IMG/VR virus record: IMGVR_UViG_3300032295_003395
DNA from: an uncultured virus (IMG/VR IMGVR_UViG_3300032295_003395)
Lineage: Duplodnaviria; Heunggongvirae; Uroviricota; Caudoviricetes
Length of the DNA stretch: 54,376 nt
Reading direction: 5' to 3' (one strand)
Shown: in pieces, positions 49,362 to 54,376 of the stretch
Layout: each line of letters opens with the position of its first letter
Position numbering within the stretch: the stretch's first letter is position 1
Notes under the pieces: model-generated
What the model saw: the letters and a program-made list of their open reading frames with translations, nothing else
The model's database searches: none
What the model was told of the DNA's origin: nothing
Program-made: the position numbers and the translations under genes

Positions 49362-49950
49362 TTTTATAAAAGAAGGTAGTATTAGACATAGTCGAGAGGT
49401 TGTTATGGAGAATATTAAAAAACTCCAACCTCTCAACTATAATAAATTTATGTGGTGGCGCACACATACTGATAAAGTTGTGCCACTCGGAAAACGTGCT
49501 CCGTTAAAAGAACGTATATTAAATGGTGATTTTAATCCTTCATCATACTTCTGGCAAGCACAATTATCGTTGTATATGGCCAAAGATAAATTGGATTTAT
49601 CAAAACATGATACCCGATATCAAATTGAATTATGTGCTGTTGATTTTGCTCGGCACAAACGTTTGATGGAGGATTTCGAAAAAGAAGAAACATCACGTAT
49701 GGAAGCCCTATATTCAGCTTTCACTGATGCTTATCAGATTACCAAGGAAGAACTTGAGGAAAAATTCCTTAACTTTTCAGGTACTATTCTTGATTTTTAT
49801 TATTATGCTGATAATTTTCTTCGTACTACTCCTGCTGAAAATAGAAAAAATATGAGAGGACGAGGTCGTCCCCCTAAAATCAAAACCGAAACCGTACCAA
49901 AAGTACTACAAGTAAAACGTGGTCGTGGTCGCCCTAAAAAAATAGTATGA
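49354..49950 (+). CDS. Hypothetical protein with two C-terminal AT-hook motifs
   Basis: RGRGRPPK and KRGRGRPKK. Confidence 0.7.
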   Translation: MYSFIKEGSIRHSREVVMENIKKLQPLNYNKFMWWRTHTDKVVPLGKRAPLKERILNGDFNPSSYFWQAQLSLYMAKDKLDLSKHDTRYQIELCAVDFARHKRLMEDFEKEETSRMEALYSAFTDAYQITKEELEEKFLNFSGTILDFYYYADNFLRTTPAENRKNMRGRGRPPKIKTETVPKVLQVKRGRGRPKKIV

Positions 49951-50030
49951 AATTAATAGGATTTATAGTAGGATGTCTTGCTATAATAATAACTGCATTT
50001 GTTGCAGTTTATGAAAGTTTTAAAAAATGA
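49947..50030 (+). CDS. 27-aa single-TM peptide missing from the ORF track
   Basis: MKLIGFIVGCLAIIITAFVAVYESFKK; ATGA overlaps at both ends. Confidence 0.55.
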   Translation: MKLIGFIVGCLAIIITAFVAVYESFKK

Positions 50031-50176
50031 TTGAAGTAATTAAACATAGTTTAGGATTCTGTGGTGAACATTGGCATCCAAATCTTTTTACAATGATTGC
50101 AGGTGGACTTGGACTTTCACCAGCTCTTAATTATATTTATTTTAAATACATTAAACGTTATGAAAAAAAGAATTAA
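50027..50176 (+). CDS. 49-aa small protein missing from the ORF track
   Basis: MIEVIKHSLGFCGEHWHPNLFTMIAGGLGLSPALNYIYFKYIKRYEKKN; ATGA-coupled. Confidence 0.55.
   Translation: MIEVIKHSLGFCGEHWHPNLFTMIAGGLGLSPALNYIYFKYIKRYEKKN
50108..50139 (+). promoter_or_regulatory. CTTGG-N19-TATATTTA promoter upstream of the DpdA-like gene
   Basis: Exact spacing match; ends 20 nt before ATG 50160, inside the 49-aa ORF. Confidence 0.55.
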
Positions 50177-50957
50177 GGTTTCTCACGAAGTACCGTTTTC
50201 ATTGTTAGATTATAGTCGAGAATTTAATGACTACGATTATTGTCTTCCTCATTTGTTAGATGAAAACGAAGAATACCAAGCATACTTCAGAAAAGCAAAA
50301 GCAGAAGGTCGATATATTATTATGGATAATTCACTCCATGAATTAGGTACAGCTTATAATACAGCTCGCTTAATGTATTGGATTGAAGAATTAAAACCAA
50401 ATGAATTTATTGTTCCTGATGTTTGGGAAGATAAAACAGCATCAATCGTAAATGCTCGTAGTTGGTCTAAAACAGAATTACCTGAAGGTGTTACTAAAGT
50501 AGCAGTAGTACAAGCACAAACACTTCATGAAGCATTTGAATGTACTCGAATCTATAAAGATTTAGGATATAAGAAAATTGCATACTCATATGGAGCGTCT
50601 TATTACAATGATATATGCGTTCATCCAAATCCAAATTTGGGCAAAGCATTAGGTCGTGTTTATGTAATTTCAACACTTTATAAACAAGGAATTTTAACTC
50701 CTAATGATAGAATCCATCTATTAGGTTGTCAGGTACCTCAAGAATTTAGTTGGTATCAAGGTATTGAATGTATTGAATCGATTGATACTTCAAATCCAAT
50801 TATGGCTGCTTTAGATGGTAATGCAATTGAATTTTATGGTTTAACAGAAAAACCTGAAACTAACATGAATAACTTCCAGGATTTACCTTTTGAAGATATT
50901 GATTTGGATCTTGTTGATAATAATATTGAAATGTTTCGTTTAATAAATAATTTATAA
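50160..50957 (+). CDS. TGT-fold 7-deazaguanine transglycosylase-like protein (DpdA-like)
   Basis: IMDNS, IVPDV, VAVVQ, IHLLG and SIDTS motifs in TGT-barrel order, next to queC/D/E; start revised to ATG 50160. Confidence 0.7.
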   Translation: MKKRIKVSHEVPFSLLDYSREFNDYDYCLPHLLDENEEYQAYFRKAKAEGRYIIMDNSLHELGTAYNTARLMYWIEELKPNEFIVPDVWEDKTASIVNARSWSKTELPEGVTKVAVVQAQTLHEAFECTRIYKDLGYKKIAYSYGASYYNDICVHPNPNLGKALGRVYVISTLYKQGILTPNDRIHLLGCQVPQEFSWYQGIECIESIDTSNPIMAALDGNAIEFYGLTEKPETNMNNFQDLPFEDIDLDLVDNNIEMFRLINNL

Positions 50958-50960
50958 GTT

Positions 50961-51194
50961 ATGAATATGTTAAGTTTATATGATTACCTAGGTTATGCCG
51001 CTGGTGGTGTATTAGGTAAAGAAGTAGCGGAAGCAGCTGCCAAATCAAATGTGAAATTTGAAATTCGTGAAGTATCAAACCCAAAATATACTGGAAAAGT
51101 AATGCTTTATCCTGAAAATTTTTTAAAAGAATTTTTTACGGCAAAACAAGCACGAATAGTATTGACATCTCAAGATGATGATTTACCTTTTTAA
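50961..51194 (+). CDS. Small protein ending in an SSB-like tail DDDLPF
   Basis: 77 aa; SLYDYLG..AG and YTGKVMLYP blocks; C-terminal QDDDLPF. Confidence 0.7.
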   Translation: MNMLSLYDYLGYAAGGVLGKEVAEAAAKSNVKFEIREVSNPKYTGKVMLYPENFLKEFFTAKQARIVLTSQDDDLPF

Positions 51195-51202
51195 TAAAAA
51201 AT

Positions 51203-52081
51203 ATGAAACACGTAGTAGTTAGTCTTAGCGGAGGGATGGACTCCTCAACATTGTTACTTCGTTGCTTAAAAGAGTACGATACAGTAACAGCACTTTCATT
51301 TGATTATGGACAAAAACATAGAGTTGAGCTTGAACGTGCTCAATCGTTAGTAGATTATTTGAATGAATTTACATTAGAAGTAGCAAAAACTCATCCTTCA
51401 TTCAATCCAATCAATTACCGTCAAATCCAATTAAATGGACTAGTTGATCTACTCAACTCAGCATTAGTAACAGGTGGAGATGAAGTACCTGAAGGACACT
51501 ATGCTGAAGAAAATATGAAAGCAACAGTTGTTCCTAATCGTAATAAAATCTTTGCTTCAATTACTCAAGCAGTTGCACTTTCAATTGCTGATAAAACAGG
51601 TGAGCAATGTGATATTGCAATGGGAATCCATGCTGGTGATCATGCAATTTATCCTGATTGTAGGCAAGAATTTAGAGATGCAGATGACGCAGCATTTAGA
51701 ATTGGAAATTGGGGTTCTGAAAAAGTAGGTTACTTTACACCATATCTTGAAGGTGATAAATTTACTATCTTACAAGATGGAGAAGTATTGTGTGATGAAT
51801 TAGGACTTGATTTTAATGAAGTATATTCACGTACAAATACATCTTACAAACCAATCTTTATTAACACATCCCGTGAAAGTACTTCTAGAGTAGATGAAAT
51901 GCTTAGAGAAGATTGGGGTGAATGGTATTCTGATTACAAATCAGCATCATCAGTTGAACGTGTAGAAGCGTTTATTAAATTAGGTCGAAAAGATCCTGTA
52001 AAATATGCTAATGAGGATGGTCCTGTAACTTGGAAACATGTAGTTGAAGAAGTATCTAAAGTATTAGCTAGCCATGAGTGA
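51203..52081 (+). CDS. queC: 7-cyano-7-deazaguanine synthase
   Basis: SLSGGMDS, FDYGQKH..E, VVPNRN and HAGDHAIYPDCR motifs. Confidence 0.93.
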   Translation: MKHVVVSLSGGMDSSTLLLRCLKEYDTVTALSFDYGQKHRVELERAQSLVDYLNEFTLEVAKTHPSFNPINYRQIQLNGLVDLLNSALVTGGDEVPEGHYAEENMKATVVPNRNKIFASITQAVALSIADKTGEQCDIAMGIHAGDHAIYPDCRQEFRDADDAAFRIGNWGSEKVGYFTPYLEGDKFTILQDGEVLCDELGLDFNEVYSRTNTSYKPIFINTSRESTSRVDEMLREDWGEWYSDYKSASSVERVEAFIKLGRKDPVKYANEDGPVTWKHVVEEVSKVLASHE

Positions 52082-52358
52082 TGGAATTACAGAAGCTCGT
52101 AGAGGTACTTACTTTAAGAATGAGAAATACGACAAGAGTATAATTAATTGGGAATTACATCAACAATTGAATGCTAAAAAGTCAAAAATAAGTAAAGACT
52201 TTAAACATATGCCTAATCAAAAATGGCATAAATATGTTAGTTTTATCAAATCAGGAGTGCGTATCTTAGGATACGCATTTCTTCCATTTAATTTGGTTAT
52301 TGCAACGATTATTCTTATATTTAGTGAAATTATTGGAATTATAGAAGAATTAGTATGA
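52074..52358 (+). CDS. Small hypothetical membrane protein
   Basis: 94 aa with hydrophobic C-terminus SFIKSGVRILGY...EIIGIIEELV. Confidence 0.6.
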   Translation: MSDGITEARRGTYFKNEKYDKSIINWELHQQLNAKKSKISKDFKHMPNQKWHKYVSFIKSGVRILGYAFLPFNLVIATIILIFSEIIGIIEELV

Positions 52359-52561
52359 GTGTAATTAGAAAACGTAATAAACCTGTTAGAGAAGAAAACT
52401 ATATTATTGTAAATAAAGATGGTCAAGTTTTTACTGGATTAAAGAGTGGTTACCCTAATTACTCCGATGACTGGTCTGAAGCAAAACCATTATTTATGGA
52501 TAATACAGAAATGTTGCTTCGTGAAAAAGGAACAGAATTAATCAAAGAATCAGAATTATGA
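52355..52561 (+). CDS. Small hypothetical protein
   Basis: 68 aa, ATGA-coupled on both sides. Confidence 0.6.
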   Translation: MSVIRKRNKPVREENYIIVNKDGQVFTGLKSGYPNYSDDWSEAKPLFMDNTEMLLREKGTELIKESEL

Positions 52562-52938
52562 CAAAAGAAGAATTTATCGTTTATGTAAAAGCTATCATCG
52601 ATATGGAAATCGAGGTAGCTAAAAGAACAAATCCTATCTTTCCTAAGGATGAAAGATACAAAACAGCAGAAGGATTAAAAGAATTTGTTGCTGACCCTAC
52701 AGTAGCATCTCAGGAACCACAATATGAATTGATTGGTGCACTTAAACTTATTGAAGAAGCATTAAGTAAAGTTAATGAAACAACTTCATCTCCAACATAT
52801 CCACAGATAACAAATCCACCTCTCCCTTATTATCCTGGATTAATTGGAGTACCTAATACATCTCCTGATTGGACTTATCGTCCTGAACATCAACCTTATT
52901 ATACAATTACTTGTACAACTAACACAACACAAAAATGA
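52558..52938 (+). CDS. Hypothetical protein with Pro/Thr-rich C-terminus
   Basis: 126 aa, ATGA-coupled. Confidence 0.6.
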   Translation: MTKEEFIVYVKAIIDMEIEVAKRTNPIFPKDERYKTAEGLKEFVADPTVASQEPQYELIGALKLIEEALSKVNETTSSPTYPQITNPPLPYYPGLIGVPNTSPDWTYRPEHQPYYTITCTTNTTQK

Positions 52939-53180
52939 AACAACTTTGGTATTTTACAGCAGATTGGTGTGCACCATGTAAAGCACTAGGCCCTACTATG
53001 AATAGAGTGTCTGAACAAATTTCAGTTAATAAAATTAACATTGACTACGAAGCAGATGTAGTACAAAAATATGGAGTAAGAAATATTCCAACAGTAATAC
53101 TCGTGGAAAACGGACAAGAAGTTCGTAGATTCAGTGGAAATAGAAGTTATAACGACGTAATTCAATTTATCAATGGGTAG
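52935..53180 (+). CDS. Thioredoxin
   Basis: FTADWCAPCK and YGVRNIPT motifs. Confidence 0.92.
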   Translation: MKQLWYFTADWCAPCKALGPTMNRVSEQISVNKINIDYEADVVQKYGVRNIPTVILVENGQEVRRFSGNRSYNDVIQFING

Positions 53181-53637
53181 TTTTAGATCAACAAAAGTAT
53201 TTGACGGTTATTCAACAGTATTTCGTCAATGGAGAGCAGAAGGAACACACTGTAGATTCCTTCACGGTTATGGAGTAAGTTTAAAAGTATGGTTCGAAGG
53301 TGAACTTGATGAGCGTAATTGGGTTTGGGATTTCGGAGGCATGAAACGTGCTAAAGGTACTATTGATGGTATGAATCCTAAAGCATGGATGGATTATATG
53401 CTTGATCATACTACAATAATTGCTGAAGATGATCCTGAATTTGATAATTTTAAAGATATGGATGCTCGAGGTATAATTCAAATGAGAGTTATTCCTGGAG
53501 TTGGAGCAGAACGTTTTGCTGAATATTTTTACAATAAACTTAATGAATTTGTTCAAACGGAAACTGATGGTCGTGTAAAAGTAGTTCAAGTTGAATTCCG
53601 CGAACATGAAAAAAACACAGCATTTTATAAAGGATAA
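53173..53637 (+). CDS. queD: 6-carboxy-5,6,7,8-tetrahydropterin synthase (QueD/PTPS family)
   Basis: HCRFLHGY, WVWDFG, LDH, GAERFA and REHEKNTA motifs; between queC and queE. Confidence 0.88.
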   Translation: MGSFRSTKVFDGYSTVFRQWRAEGTHCRFLHGYGVSLKVWFEGELDERNWVWDFGGMKRAKGTIDGMNPKAWMDYMLDHTTIIAEDDPEFDNFKDMDARGIIQMRVIPGVGAERFAEYFYNKLNEFVQTETDGRVKVVQVEFREHEKNTAFYKG

Positions 53638-53639
53638 TT

Positions 53640-54376
53640 ATGGCACTAGGTAGAATTACAGATTATAATAAAACATTACCTATTGTAGAATTGTATCGTT
53701 GCGTTCAAAGCGAGGGATCTCGTTTTGGACGACCAACAATTGCAATTCGTACAACAGGTTGTACTCACAGATGTTATTTTGGTGAAGGTGGTTGGTGTGA
53801 TTCTTGGTATACAAGTATTCACCCTGAAAAAGGTACATTTAATTTCAACGATATTATTCGTATTTATGATGAAAACCCTCATATCCAGGAAATGATGCTA
53901 ACAGGTGGTTCACCTACAATGCATCCTGCACTTGTAAATGAATTAACACATTTTGCTCATGAAAGAGGTATTGTTATTACTATTGAAACCGAAGGTTCTC
54001 ATTTCCTCGCTACTGATTTTCCTATATCTCTTATATCGCTCAGTCCTAAATTTAACAATTCTGTTCCCGTACTTGGAGCTATTACGCCTCAAGGAGCGAT
54101 TGTTGATCAAAAAATGATTGATAAACATAATAAGGATAGACTTAAAATTGAAGCTATTAGACTTACTATCGATTACCATGCTGATTATCATTATAAACCA
54201 GTTTGGGATGGTACTGAAGAAAATTTAGCTGAAATCGAAGCATTTAGAGTAGCATTAAATATCCCAAAACATAAAACATTTATTATGCCTGCTGGAGATA
54301 ATCGAGAAGAATTAATTAAAATGTATCCAATTGTATTTGATATGTGTGCTGAAAAAGGTTATAACATGACTGGACG
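53640..54376 (+). CDS. queE: 7-carboxy-7-deazaguanine synthase, radical SAM (runs off window end; absent from ORF track)
   Basis: ELYRCVQSEGSRFGRPTIAIRTTGCTHRCYFGEGGWCDS, LTGGSP, TIETEG and SLSPK motifs. Confidence 0.92.
   Translation, partial: MALGRITDYNKTLPIVELYRCVQSEGSRFGRPTIAIRTTGCTHRCYFGEGGWCDSWYTSIHPEKGTFNFNDIIRIYDENPHIQEMMLTGGSPTMHPALVNELTHFAHERGIVITIETEGSHFLATDFPISLISLSPKFNNSVPVLGAITPQGAIVDQKMIDKHNKDRLKIEAIRLTIDYHADYHYKPVWDGTEENLAEIEAFRVALNIPKHKTFIMPAGDNREELIKMYPIVFDMCAEKGYNMTG

Noticed and set aside
1..54376. Stop-codon reassignment as in some Bacteroidota phages
   Set aside because: Genes are full length in code 11, and TAA, TAG and TGA all end genes at sensible positions.
1..54376. 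tRNA or rRNA genes
   Set aside because: Intergenic gaps are short and I found no cloverleaf or T-loop signature by eye; tRNAscan-SE would confirm.

Overview
All credible genes in this AT-rich window lie on the + strand. It is part of a large T4-like myophage genome read in the standard genetic code. The host is probably a Bacteroidota species, inferred from TTTGG-N19-TATATTYA promoters and A-rich translation starts with no Shine-Dalgarno. Gene order: head module (portal 3' end, internal head proteins, gp21-type protease, scaffold, gp23-type capsid); an arginine-dihydrolase-like / pyruvoyl decarboxylase (PSD family) / PhoH operon; neck and tail terminator; a 2601-aa Gly-X-X Ser/Thr/Asn fibre-like protein followed by three glycosyltransferase genes, one of them an Aah/TibC-type protein O-heptosyltransferase; contractile tail and baseplate; replication genes (atypical family A polymerase, gp32-like SSB, RecA/UvsX, 5'-3' exonuclease, helicase, NrdB/NrdA); accessory genes; and a 7-deazaguanine DNA-modification cluster (DpdA/TGT-like, QueC, QueD, partial QueE). 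Best candidates for new biology: (1) a phage-encoded virion/fibre protein glycosylation system; (2) a late-expressed arginine dihydrolase plus soluble pyruvoyl decarboxylase pathway, possibly making polyamine; (3) a predicted programmed +1 frameshift in the gene between tail tube and tape measure; (4) metal-ligand-variant Que enzymes alongside a PolA with altered nucleotide-selection residues. All family calls come from motif recognition by eye; no searches were run.
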